Numbered from the stretch's first letter, positions 8,503-17,359 are shown. The stretch: 25,237 bases of DNA from Bacteroidales bacterium (GCA_031553885.1 JAVBKV010000028.1:1-25237), one strand, 5' to 3'. Notes: a model not told the origin generated them from the letters alone. Translations and numbers: made by a program.

Positions 8503-10941
8503 ATGAAGCATATAATCATCGGAGGTGTCGCCGGAGGAGCTACAGCCGCTGCAAGAATACGAAGAACGGACGAATTTGCAGAAATCATCCTGATAGAAAA
8601 AGGAGATCATATTTCTTATGCCAATTGTGGATTGCCTTACTACATCGGAGGTGTGATTGCCGACAGGGATAAGCTTTTCCTGCAAACGCCGGCGTCTTTC
8701 GGACTACGGTTCAATGTCGATGTACGGACAGGAAACAGGGCCATTGACATCGATCCGGACAGCCGGACAGTAAAAATCCGCAAATCCGATGGCAGTGAAT
8801 ACACAGAAACCTACGAACGTCTGCTGCTTTCTCCGGGAGCATCCCCGGTAATTCCTCCTCTGAAAGGTATTGAATCGGAAGGTATCTTTACTTTACGGGA
8901 TGTCAGGGATACCGATCAAATAAAAAATTATCTCCACACGCACGCTGTTCAAAAAGCCGTAGTAATTGGTGCAGGTTTTATCGGATTGGAAATGGCCGAA
9001 AACCTGCACCATTCAGGGGCTGAAATTTCCATTGTGGAAATGAGCAACCAGGTGATGACCCCGGTCGATTTTTCGATTGCATCACAAGTACATCAACACC
9101 TGGTCCGGAAAGGTGTAAATCTTTTCCTGGAACAAAAAGTCGAACGTTTCGAACGCCGGGGGGAAGAAATCGTTGTTTATCTACAAAACGGGGAACGCAT
9201 TTCTGCAGACCTGGTTATTTTATCCGTCGGGGTACGTCCGGAAACAGAACTGGCGCGGAAAGCCGGCCTGAAAATCGGAGAAACGGGAGGAATCTGGGTC
9301 AACGAATACCTGGAAACTTCTGTAAAAGGGATCTATGCCGTAGGCGATGCGATCGAATTTCCTCACCCGCTGACCGGAAAACCCTGGTTGAATTATTTAG
9401 CCAACCCGGCTAATCGACAAGGGCGTATTGTTGCAGACAATATGGTTCTCGGAAACAAAATTTCCTACGAAGGCGCCATCGGCACAGCCATTGCTAAAGT
9501 TTTCGACCTGACTATTGCCTCCACCGGACTTCCGGCCAAACGACTGAAGCAACTGGGTATCGCTTTTCAAAGTTCCACGACTCATTCCAATTCTCATGCA
9601 GGTTATTATCCGGATGCATTGCCACTGACAATTAAGCTCACATTCGACCCGGGAAACGGAAAACTGTACGGAGCCCAATCCGTGGGGTATGACGGTGTCG
9701 ATAAACGTATCGACCAACTGGCACTCATCATCAAGCAGGGAGGAACAATCTACGATCTCACCCGCCTTGAGCATGCATACGCCCCTCCCTACTCTTCTGC
9801 AAAAGATCCCGTCGCCATTGCCGGATATGTCGCCGGAAACATTATCAATGAATCCATGCCTGTAGTTTCATGGAGGGAAATACAACAAATCCAGACAGAA
9901 AACCAGGCAATAATTCTGGATGTACGTACGCAGGAAGAATTTGCATTCGGCTCTATTCCGGGTGCAATCAATATTCCGCTCGATGAAATTCGTTCTCGAT
10001 TGACAGAGATTCCTGCCGGCAAAACCATTATCCTGTACTGTGCAGTCGGATTACGCGGATACCTTGCACTGAAAATCCTGAAAGCAAGGGGCTACAACGA
10101 TGTCCGGAACCTCTCAGGCGGATATAAAACATATTCTGCTTCTACTGCACTCATAAATAGAAAAACTCCGGAAAATTCAACTCCGGAAAATAAGAACCCC
10201 GCACAAAAAGACATGAAAACAATCCGTATCGATGCCTGCGGCCTGCAATGTCCGGGGCCTGTATTGAAAATTAAACAGGCGGTCGATTCCATCAGCGAAG
10301 GCGATCGCATTGAAATAACAGCTACCGATGCCGGTTTTTCCCGGGATGCGGAAGCCTGGTGTAACTCCACAGGCAATAAGCTCATTTCCAATACGGAAGA
10401 CAAAGGCCGGTACACGGTAGTAATTGAAAAAGGATCACAGCAATCCTGTCCCGTGACAACTCCGGAAGGAGGCAAGAATAAAACGCTGATCATGTTCAGT
10501 GATGACCTGGACAAAGCGCTGGCCACATTTGTCCTGGCCAACGGAGCGGCTGCCACAGGAAAAAAAGTATCGATCTTTTTTACCTTTTGGGGATTGAACG
10601 TCATAAAAAAAGTCCGGAAGCCACAAACAAAAAAAGATATTTTCGGAAAAATGTTTTCGATGATGCTACCTTCCAATTCATTTCAATTGAAATTATCCAA
10701 AATGAGCATGCTCGGTATCGGCGATCGCATGATGCGGTACATTATGAAACGCAAAGGAATCGAATCGCTTGAGAATCTCCGGGAACAGGCGATCGCTCAG
10801 GGAGTCGAGTTTATCGCCTGCCAGATGTCCATGAATGTTATGGGTATCAATCGGGAAGAATTACTGGATTGTGTTACGATCGGAGGAGTAGCCACCTACA
10901 TGGAACGGGCCGAACAGGCCAATGTCAATCTGTTTATCTGA
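8503..10941 (+). CDS. Four-domain fusion of CoA-disulfide reductase / NAD(P)H persulfide reductase with a rhodanese domain, a TusA-like domain and a DsrE/DsrF-like domain
   Basis: 'IIGGVAGGATAAARI' is the FAD fold and 'SYANCGLPYY' the CoADR redox Cys. The rhodanese segment is 'ILYCAVGLRGY'. The TusA CPxP motif is 'IDACGLQCPGPVLK', with an internal ATG at 10213. The C-terminal 'LIMFSDDLDKALATFVLANGAAATGKKVSIFFTFWGLN ... EFIACQMSMNVMGI' is DsrE-like. Length 812 aa. Confidence 0.85.
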   Translation: MKHIIIGGVAGGATAAARIRRTDEFAEIILIEKGDHISYANCGLPYYIGGVIADRDKLFLQTPASFGLRFNVDVRTGNRAIDIDPDSRTVKIRKSDGSEYTETYERLLLSPGASPVIPPLKGIESEGIFTLRDVRDTDQIKNYLHTHAVQKAVVIGAGFIGLEMAENLHHSGAEISIVEMSNQVMTPVDFSIASQVHQHLVRKGVNLFLEQKVERFERRGEEIVVYLQNGERISADLVILSVGVRPETELARKAGLKIGETGGIWVNEYLETSVKGIYAVGDAIEFPHPLTGKPWLNYLANPANRQGRIVADNMVLGNKISYEGAIGTAIAKVFDLTIASTGLPAKRLKQLGIAFQSSTTHSNSHAGYYPDALPLTIKLTFDPGNGKLYGAQSVGYDGVDKRIDQLALIIKQGGTIYDLTRLEHAYAPPYSSAKDPVAIAGYVAGNIINESMPVVSWREIQQIQTENQAIILDVRTQEEFAFGSIPGAINIPLDEIRSRLTEIPAGKTIILYCAVGLRGYLALKILKARGYNDVRNLSGGYKTYSASTALINRKTPENSTPENKNPAQKDMKTIRIDACGLQCPGPVLKIKQAVDSISEGDRIEITATDAGFSRDAEAWCNSTGNKLISNTEDKGRYTVVIEKGSQQSCPVTTPEGGKNKTLIMFSDDLDKALATFVLANGAAATGKKVSIFFTFWGLNVIKKVRKPQTKKDIFGKMFSMMLPSNSFQLKLSKMSMLGIGDRMMRYIMKRKGIESLENLREQAIAQGVEFIACQMSMNVMGINREELLDCVTIGGVATYMERAEQANVNLFI

Positions 10942-10946
10942 ATTTT

Positions 10947-11303
10947 ATGGAAGTTTTATGTAAAATCCGGGATATTTACCGGGCCATCGCTGCATTCGAG
11001 CAATTGTTTGAAAAAGAATTCGACCTCTGCCTCAATGAAGGGATGGCGCTGTGTTCCCTTTCAAAATCCGGACAACTCACCTCCGGAGAAATCGCAGACT
11101 TACTGGGACTAACCACCTCCAACGCCTCTAAAGTGATTACTTCGGTGGAAAAAAAAGGATTAGTCAGCCGTGTGCTGGGCGAAAAAGACAAGCGGCAAAT
11201 GTATTTTTCCCTTACCCCGGATGGCAAAAAGCGGATAGAAGCGATCTATGGCAACACGCCTGAACTTCCCGAAATCCTGAAAGAGGCTCTTCATTTAAAC
11301 TGA
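10947..11303 (+). CDS. MarR-family winged-helix transcriptional regulator, small (118 aa)
   Basis: 'LTSGEIADLLGLTTSNASKVITSVEKKGLVSRVLGEKDKRQMYFSLTPDGKK' is the MarR HTH-plus-wing pattern. The start is taken at ATG 10947, 5 nt after the upstream stop. The six-frame ORF from 10869 overlaps the previous gene and is probably not the true start. Confidence 0.65.
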   Translation: MEVLCKIRDIYRAIAAFEQLFEKEFDLCLNEGMALCSLSKSGQLTSGEIADLLGLTTSNASKVITSVEKKGLVSRVLGEKDKRQMYFSLTPDGKKRIEAIYGNTPELPEILKEALHLN

Positions 11304-12547
11304 ATAACCTGCATGCCGGCAAGCCGGTCATAACGGGCTCCCATCGGACGATGGTAGACCATCACCCGGTATTCGTTTTCCGTCTGGAAATAATTGCCTT
11401 CAATCGGAGCCGTATTTCCGGGAGAATCACCGCTTTTTTTCGTGACATATAAATAATTGTAGTATCCTTCTTTCAGCAAGACGGTTTTCACATACCCTTT
11501 ATCCGCCTCACTGTATTCCATACGGCTTCGTTCGTCCATGATATTCTGGAAAGCCTCTCCCAACAGGTAGACGTTTTCAGAAAAAGGCTTTTCACAAGGC
11601 AAATAAAAATGGACAAAATTATAATCCGCTTCATAATCATATTCCACGGCATCTTTGTTCCGGATAAAAAATTTACCATCAATATCTTCTGTATAAGCAT
11701 AGGAATACCCGGACCGGATTCCGGAAGGCCTTAATATCGTATGAAAATAAGGAGCATGAAACTCCACGGCTTCAATACCCAGGCCATTGGATTTCGGAGT
11801 GATCATTTCAAAGCTGCGGTATTCGTTCCCTCCTTCAAAAATCAATGCCGGATTGTGATTGTACACCAACCGCTTGCCATACACACTCATAGGCCTTACC
11901 AAAGCGGCCTGGTTATCGGTCCGGTTGTTTTGAAATACATAAACCTTCAGGTCCTGCATGGGAGTTGTAACCTGATTACCGCAAGTCAGTTCAAAAGCGA
12001 CCTGCTGATAATAGGTATTCACCCCCTTATCGGTACGGGAGTCAACCCGGATCTGAATGGGAATTTCCTGTTCCACGACCGAAAAACAAGCTGTTAATAC
12101 GGGGTGTTCCTTGTCGTTTTCAGGATAAACACGAGCTACATAATTCCCCGAAACTTTCATGGTCAGATCTTCGTTCGGAAAAAAAATCTTGTAATTCGTA
12201 TAATCCATGGTAGTATTGAACGAAGTGGAATAATCGTTGATGTAACTGTGCTGAAACCCACTCATGAATTCCGACTGGATCAATTGGGAAGGCGTCCAGT
12301 CCGCATTGCAATGAGTCAGGGTATACGTGTAAGCCTTCGACTGCGGACTCAGCTCATCAAAACTGACCTCGATGGCAGTACCTCCTTCCAGTTGAATGAC
12401 GGGAGGAGCCTGCCAATCATCCACTACACTTACTCTTAACGTCTTTATCTTATCGGAAAATATCCCGGTCCGGAAAGGTTGTGCGGCAAACATCGATTGT
12501 ACCAACAAAAAAGCCACAGCCAAACAATATAGATTTTTCTTTTTCAT
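11291..12547 (-). CDS. Secreted protein of unknown function (signal peptide), possibly of the DUF5103 / T9SS-plug-domain family
   Basis: Long ORF. The start is taken at MKKKNLYCLAVAFLLVQSMFAA, which reads as a signal peptide. The protein is rich in Y/N/T, as beta-rich secreted proteins tend to be. The family call is from memory. Its 3' end overlaps the convergent MarR gene by 13 nt. Confidence 0.55.
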   Translation of the reverse strand: MKKKNLYCLAVAFLLVQSMFAAQPFRTGIFSDKIKTLRVSVVDDWQAPPVIQLEGGTAIEVSFDELSPQSKAYTYTLTHCNADWTPSQLIQSEFMSGFQHSYINDYSTSFNTTMDYTNYKIFFPNEDLTMKVSGNYVARVYPENDKEHPVLTACFSVVEQEIPIQIRVDSRTDKGVNTYYQQVAFELTCGNQVTTPMQDLKVYVFQNNRTDNQAALVRPMSVYGKRLVYNHNPALIFEGGNEYRSFEMITPKSNGLGIEAVEFHAPYFHTILRPSGIRSGYSYAYTEDIDGKFFIRNKDAVEYDYEADYNFVHFYLPCEKPFSENVYLLGEAFQNIMDERSRMEYSEADKGYVKTVLLKEGYYNYLYVTKKSGDSPGNTAPIEGNYFQTENEYRVMVYHRPMGARYDRLAGMQVIQFK

Positions 12548-12606
12548 TATGCAAATATGCGAATTTATCACTATCTTTAGCAACGGAAAAGAAATAAATT
12601 TATTTT

Positions 12607-13185
12607 ATGGAATGGTTTAACAGTTTGGAGCCTATGCTCAAAGCCTATTGGGCGATTGCGTTAATTACGAGTCTTATCTTCATTATTCAGACAATCATGA
12701 CATTTCTGGGGGTTGATTCCTCGGACGGCCTGGATGCTGATTTCAATGGAGACATGCACAGTGATGGTCCCTTCCAATTATTTTCCTTACGAAACCTGAT
12801 CAACTTTTTCTTAGGTTACGGATGGGCCGGTGTTTGTTTTTACGATACCATTTCCTCTATTTTCTGGCTCAATGCGGTAGCCATCCTGATCGGATTAGCA
12901 TTCGTCGGACTTTTCTTTTTTATCATTATGCAAATCACAAAACTATCCAGTGATAAAACCTTTAAAATCACTGATACGATCGGTAAAACTGCTGATGTTT
13001 ACCTGGTTATTCCGGGAGAACGAAAAGGCAAGGGTAAAATACAGGTCAGCGTGGGAGGTGCTTATCACGAAATTGCAGCCATGACCGACGGAGAAAAAAT
13101 CCCGACAGGAGGCAAAGCGGTTGTGGAAAGCCTGATCGACACCCAGACGGTTTTGGTATCCTCCACCCCCAGCCTGATTATCTGA
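12607..13185 (+). CDS. NfeD-like membrane protein (YqiJ/YuaF type: N-terminal TM helices plus C-terminal OB-fold)
   Basis: Two or three hydrophobic helices ('AIALITSLIFIIQTIMTFLGV', 'AVAILIGLAFVGLFFFIIMQI') and a C-terminal 'GKGKIQVSVGGAYHEIAAMTD' OB-like segment. It sits directly upstream of a flotillin gene, the conserved NfeD–SPFH pairing. Confidence 0.7.
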   Translation: MEWFNSLEPMLKAYWAIALITSLIFIIQTIMTFLGVDSSDGLDADFNGDMHSDGPFQLFSLRNLINFFLGYGWAGVCFYDTISSIFWLNAVAILIGLAFVGLFFFIIMQITKLSSDKTFKITDTIGKTADVYLVIPGERKGKGKIQVSVGGAYHEIAAMTDGEKIPTGGKAVVESLIDTQTVLVSSTPSLII

Positions 13186-13221
13186 TATGCTTAATTTTAA
13201 TCCTAATTCTTACATCTCATT

Positions 13222-14610
13222 ATGCAGCCTATTTATCTTATTGCGATCGGCGTAGTAGTCGCCTTCATCTTAATTACCTCTCTGATTGCACGCTATAAGC
13301 GTTGTCCCTCAGACAAAATTTTAGTTATTTATGGTAAAACCGGAGGTTCTTCAGCCCGATGCATCCATGGCGGAGGAGCTTTTATCTGGCCGGTTATCCA
13401 GGATTATGCTTACTTAGACCTGAAGCCCATTTCCATTGAAGCTAATCTGACCAATGCGCTGAGCGGTCAGAATATACGGGTGGACGTCCCCTGCCGGTTT
13501 ACTGTCGGGATATCCACGGAAATGGAAAGTATGAACAATGCCGCCGAACGTCTCCTCGGGCTTTCTGCCACTCAGATTCAGGAACTGGCCAGCGACATCC
13601 TGTTCGGACAACTCCGTCTGGTAATCGCCACTATGACTATCGAGGAAATCAATTCCGACCGGGATAAATTTCTGGAAAGTGTTTCCGCCAATGTGGAAGC
13701 CGAATTGAAAAAAATCGGTCTGAAACTGATCAACGTGAACGTAACCGATATCAAAGATGAATCGGGTTATATCGAAGCGTTGGGCCGTGAAGCGGCAGCC
13801 AAAGCGATCAACGAAGCCAAAGTGAGTGTGGCGCTTCAGGAAAAAATCGGAGAAATCGGAAAGGCTGAAGCGGTCCGTGATACCCGGATCAAAACAGCGG
13901 AAGCCAATGCAATAGCGGTTAAAGGAGAAAACCAGTCTAAAATCGAAATTGCCAACTCGGATGCCATTCGCCGGGAAAAAGAAGCAGAAGCTATGCGGAT
14001 CGCTATTTCTGCGGAAAAAGTACAACAGGCTAAAGCGCTTCAGGAAGCTTACGCTGCCGAACAAATAGCGGAAAATGCCCGGGCCGAACGTGAACGCTCT
14101 ACCCAACAGGCCAACGTAATCGTTCCTACAGAAATCGAAAAACAACGCCGGATCATCGAAGCCCAGGCTGAAGCCGAAAAAGTCCGGGAAAATGCCAAAG
14201 GGGAAGCAGATGCTATTTTTGTCAAGATGGATGCCGAAGCCCGCGGTTTATTTGAAATCCTGACCAAACAGGCCGACGGTTACGATAAAGTCGTTCGCGC
14301 TGCCGGTGGTGATCCTTCCAAGGCTTATCAATTGCTATTGATCGAAAAACTACCGGAATTAGTGAAGACACAAGTCGAAGCTGTGAAAAACATCAAAATC
14401 GATAAAGTCACAGTCTGGGACGGAAACAACGGTAAAGACGGCAAGACATCAACTGCTAATTTTATTTCGGGGCTGATGAAATCCGTACCTCCATTGAACG
14501 ATTTGTTCAACATGGCCGGACTGGATCTGCCCAAGTACCTGAAAGGAAATCCGGTGGAAGAAGCAGAAGCCGCAAATACTGAAAAAGAAGAAAACAAAAA
14601 AGACGCATAA
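13222..14610 (+). CDS. Flotillin-like SPFH/band-7 protein (FloT/YqiK type)
   Basis: N-terminal TM segment followed by an SPFH domain ('IRVDVPCRFTVGIS...ILFGQLRLVIATMTIEEINSDRDKF'). A long E/A/K-rich coiled-coil flotillin region follows ('EAAAKAINEAKVSVALQEKIGEIGKAEAVRDTRIKTAEANA...'). Confidence 0.85.
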   Translation: MQPIYLIAIGVVVAFILITSLIARYKRCPSDKILVIYGKTGGSSARCIHGGGAFIWPVIQDYAYLDLKPISIEANLTNALSGQNIRVDVPCRFTVGISTEMESMNNAAERLLGLSATQIQELASDILFGQLRLVIATMTIEEINSDRDKFLESVSANVEAELKKIGLKLINVNVTDIKDESGYIEALGREAAAKAINEAKVSVALQEKIGEIGKAEAVRDTRIKTAEANAIAVKGENQSKIEIANSDAIRREKEAEAMRIAISAEKVQQAKALQEAYAAEQIAENARAERERSTQQANVIVPTEIEKQRRIIEAQAEAEKVRENAKGEADAIFVKMDAEARGLFEILTKQADGYDKVVRAAGGDPSKAYQLLLIEKLPELVKTQVEAVKNIKIDKVTVWDGNNGKDGKTSTANFISGLMKSVPPLNDLFNMAGLDLPKYLKGNPVEEAEAANTEKEENKKDA

Positions 14611-14617
14611 AATTTGA

Positions 14618-14680
14618 TCTTGCGAGCGTCAGCCTAGCCCCCGCTGGAGGGGGCAGGGGGATAGGTTGACGCTCGCAAGA
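14618..14680 (+). terminator. Long GC-rich nested hairpin. The 17-bp outer stem TCTTGCGAGCGTCAGCC/GGTTGACGCTCGCAAGA has one G·U. An inner CCCCC-GCTGGA-GGGGG hairpin follows, and then ATTCATTT.
   Basis: Seen directly between the flotillin stop (14610) and the rmuC start (14700). Probably an intrinsic terminator or attenuating structure, but the T-tract is weak. Confidence 0.45.
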
Positions 14681-14699
14681 TTCATTTAACAATACATTC

Positions 14700-16034
14700 A
14701 TGGACATCCTGTTTTTACTCATCGGTTTACTTTTCGGGGGCTTATTCGCCTGGATTATCACCTCGACTATACTGAAATCTAAACGAATACCCAAATCATT
14801 ATTGGATGAACAGACAGAAAAACTGAACCAGGTGCAGGTAGCTTTGCATGTGGAAACTCAGAAATCGAGCTTGTTCAAAGAGGAAACCGATCAACTCAAA
14901 TCAGAACTGAAACGACAAAACGAAGTATTCAATGAAGTGAACAAAAAAGCAGTAGAATATGCTGCCAATAATGCTTTTCTGAACGAAAAATTAGAGACAC
15001 AAAAAGGGGAGATCGAAGCACTCAGGAAACAATTCAATATGGAATTCGAAAATATCGCTTCCAAAATTCTGGATGAAAAGTCTCAAAAATTCACTCAACT
15101 GAACAAAGAAAACCTGAATATCATCCTGAAACCGCTGGGAGATAATATCGACGGCTTTCGCAAAAAAGTGGAAGAAGTCTACGACAAAGAGGCGAAAGAA
15201 CGTTTCTCGCTGGGCAAAGAGGTGGAACGGCTGGTTCAGCTCAATCAAAAAATCAGCGAAGAAGCCAATAACCTGACTAATGCACTGAAAGGAAACTCCA
15301 AGACCCAGGGCGACTGGGGCCAGATGATCCTGGAAAACATCCTCGAAAAATCAGGCCTGGTCCGTGACCGCGAATATTTCGTCCAGGAATACCTCAAAGA
15401 TGAAGACGGAAAATACCTGCAAAACGAGGAAGGCAACCGAATGCAGCCGGACGTGATTATTTCCTATCCCGATAACAGGAAGGTGATCATCGACTCCAAA
15501 GTATCACTGACGGCTTATTCCCGATATACAACTACTGACGAACCGGAAGAGCAAAAAACGGCCATTGCCGAACACCTCCGATCCATTCGACGTCATGTGG
15601 ATGATCTGAGTAAGAAAAACTACCAGGATTTTGCTCCTTCCCTGGATTTTGTCATGATGTTTGTTCCCAATGAACCGGCCTACCTGCTGGCGATGCAATA
15701 CGATCCGGAGCTTTGGCAATATGCCTACAACAAACGGATACTCCTGATCAGTCCGACCAACCTGATCGCTTCCCTGAAATTGATTGTCGACCTGTGGAAG
15801 CGGGAATACCAGACACAGAATGCCCAGGAAATCGCAGAGCGGGGAGCAGCTTTATACGACAAATTCGTCGGATTCGTCGAAAACCTGAGTGCTGTGGGAC
15901 TCAACCTCGATAAGGCCCAGAAAAGCTATACCGAAGCATTTAACCAGTTGAAAGAAGGGAAAGGAAACCTGATCGGACAAGCTGAAAAACTGAAAGAACT
16001 GGGAATCAAACCCAAAAAGAAATTAAAGCCCTGA
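14700..16034 (+). CDS. rmuC: DNA recombination protein RmuC
   Basis: N-terminal TM, a long coiled coil, and the C-terminal RmuC nuclease-like core 'GNSKTQGDWGQMILENILEKSGL...PDVIISYPDNRKVIIDSKVSLTAY...DFVMMFVPNEPAY'. Confidence 0.85.
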   Translation: MDILFLLIGLLFGGLFAWIITSTILKSKRIPKSLLDEQTEKLNQVQVALHVETQKSSLFKEETDQLKSELKRQNEVFNEVNKKAVEYAANNAFLNEKLETQKGEIEALRKQFNMEFENIASKILDEKSQKFTQLNKENLNIILKPLGDNIDGFRKKVEEVYDKEAKERFSLGKEVERLVQLNQKISEEANNLTNALKGNSKTQGDWGQMILENILEKSGLVRDREYFVQEYLKDEDGKYLQNEEGNRMQPDVIISYPDNRKVIIDSKVSLTAYSRYTTTDEPEEQKTAIAEHLRSIRRHVDDLSKKNYQDFAPSLDFVMMFVPNEPAYLLAMQYDPELWQYAYNKRILLISPTNLIASLKLIVDLWKREYQTQNAQEIAERGAALYDKFVGFVENLSAVGLNLDKAQKSYTEAFNQLKEGKGNLIGQAEKLKELGIKPKKKLKP

Positions 16035-16076
16035 AATAAAAAAGCCGGAACACAAGCATAAGCTCTATGTCCCGGC
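16034..16076 (-). terminator. Hairpin GCCGGAAC...GTCCCGGC, followed on the − strand by TTTTTTATTT
   Basis: An 8-bp stem with one mismatch plus a T-run reading on the − strand. It is downstream of the − strand Kelch/T9SS gene and abuts the rmuC stop. Confidence 0.4.
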
Positions 16077-16096
16077 AGGCGTATTCACGTTAATTA

Positions 16097-17305
16097 TCAA
16101 TCTCTCTTTACTACCAGTTTAGCAGTAAAGGTGCGATCCCCTGATTTTATTCTTATTATATAAATGCCATTTGACAATGTAGAAACATTGACGGTATTAG
16201 CAGATGCATTTACTTCTTGTGTTTTTACCAATACTCCCCCCATAGTAAAAATTTCGAGTTTTCCATACGTCTCAACTGTTACGTTGACATATTGGGAAGC
16301 CGGATTCGGAAACAGAGCCAGTTCTTCGGTTTCAACTCCCAGGATACCGGTTACAGGAGCGCTGACATCCGACCACAGATCTACATTAAGTACCGGAGAA
16401 AAGAAACCACCATCTGAACCTAAGGTCATGTAAGGAACATTACTGATTACAAAAAAAGTTTCTCCTGAGAAATATTCTCCCAACTGAAACACATCGCCCA
16501 GGGAAGTGAAACTCCCGGAAGACAAATCATACCTGACCAGTTTGTTATATCTGCAGAAATACGGTGTACCGTCGGTTACATAACTTTGAACCACATTCGA
16601 ATTCAATACGGTATTGTCGTAGTTCACCTGTACACTCCATGTATTATTATTCGGATTGTATTTGTACATATTGCTCGGAGAACCTACTGCACCAACATAT
16701 CCTCCGGCTGCCACATATCCGTATCCTCCTGTTGAAAAAGCAGTTGCAGAAACCCGTTCCTGTCCACTGGGCAAGGATGCCACAGCAGTCCACACTCCGG
16801 ATTCATATTTGTAAAAATCGCCTTTGGCCGAAGTTCCATCGGATCCTGTTCCAGCATAGCCTGCATTTCCAATCGAAAACGCAACGGCTCCGTACCGGCC
16901 AGTACCCGGAAAATCAGCAATTTTCGACCAGGTATTCGTTCCGGGATTATATTCATAGAAATCTTTCAGGTAATTACTACCCGAAGAACTGCCAAGTCCT
17001 ACATAGCCTTTTCCGTTGATCGAAAATGCAACAGCATCATACCGGGCGGCTCCCGGGAAATCGGCAATTCTCGACCAGGATCCGGAAACCTGATCATATT
17101 TCCAGAAATCATTCAGGTAAAAATTATTGTTGGAGTAGTAATAACCGGTTCCCACATAAGCACTTCCTCCAATTACAAATGAAACTCCACCTTCTCTTCC
17201 ATGTCCGGGGAAAGCGGTTGATTTTTTCTGCCAGTTTACTGCAGATGATAGTACTGGAATGCAGGAAATAAAAAATAAAAACAGAAGCTTGTAAATTTTT
17301 ACCAT
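16097..17305 (-). CDS. Kelch-repeat (beta-propeller) protein with a type IX secretion system C-terminal sorting domain
   Basis: Signal peptide. There are 4–5 internal repeats of the form 'W(S/T)xIADFPGxxRYxAVAFSIxxxGYxGxG' (Kelch motif). The C-terminal 'LALFPNPASQYVNVTV...LSNGIYIIRIKSGDRTFTAKLVVKRD' matches the T9SS type-A CTD motifs (PNPa, GxY, KxxK). Confidence 0.85.
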   Translation of the reverse strand: MVKIYKLLFLFFISCIPVLSSAVNWQKKSTAFPGHGREGGVSFVIGGSAYVGTGYYYSNNNFYLNDFWKYDQVSGSWSRIADFPGAARYDAVAFSINGKGYVGLGSSSGSNYLKDFYEYNPGTNTWSKIADFPGTGRYGAVAFSIGNAGYAGTGSDGTSAKGDFYKYESGVWTAVASLPSGQERVSATAFSTGGYGYVAAGGYVGAVGSPSNMYKYNPNNNTWSVQVNYDNTVLNSNVVQSYVTDGTPYFCRYNKLVRYDLSSGSFTSLGDVFQLGEYFSGETFFVISNVPYMTLGSDGGFFSPVLNVDLWSDVSAPVTGILGVETEELALFPNPASQYVNVTVETYGKLEIFTMGGVLVKTQEVNASANTVNVSTLSNGIYIIRIKSGDRTFTAKLVVKRD

Positions 17306-17359
17306 ACTAAAAGTTTAATGTGTGAATGAAGATGTCCGAAAAACAAATCAAAATCTGTA

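Noticed and set aside
10092-10676. A 194-aa − strand ORF inside the CoADR-fusion gene. Further antisense ORFs lie at 9397-9774 and 9789-10028.
   Set aside because: It is antisense to a gene with clear catalytic motifs in the sense frame, with no independent support.
10869-10946. An upstream extension of the MarR ORF overlapping the CoADR gene by 73 nt
   Set aside because: The N-terminal extension (MCYDRRSSHLHGTGRTGQCQ…) is not MarR-like and overlaps the preceding gene. The ATG at 10947, 5 nt after the upstream stop, gives a canonical MarR N-terminus.
13414-14145. A 243-aa − strand ORF inside the flotillin gene
   Set aside because: It is antisense to the E/A/K-rich coiled-coil region. Repetitive GAA/GCN codons give long stop-free antisense frames. 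It has no signal or domain.
16164-17271. Several 60–150-aa + strand ORFs inside the Kelch/T9SS gene
   Set aside because: They are antisense to a gene with repeat and CTD motifs. The repetitive Gly/Tyr-rich coding gives open antisense frames.
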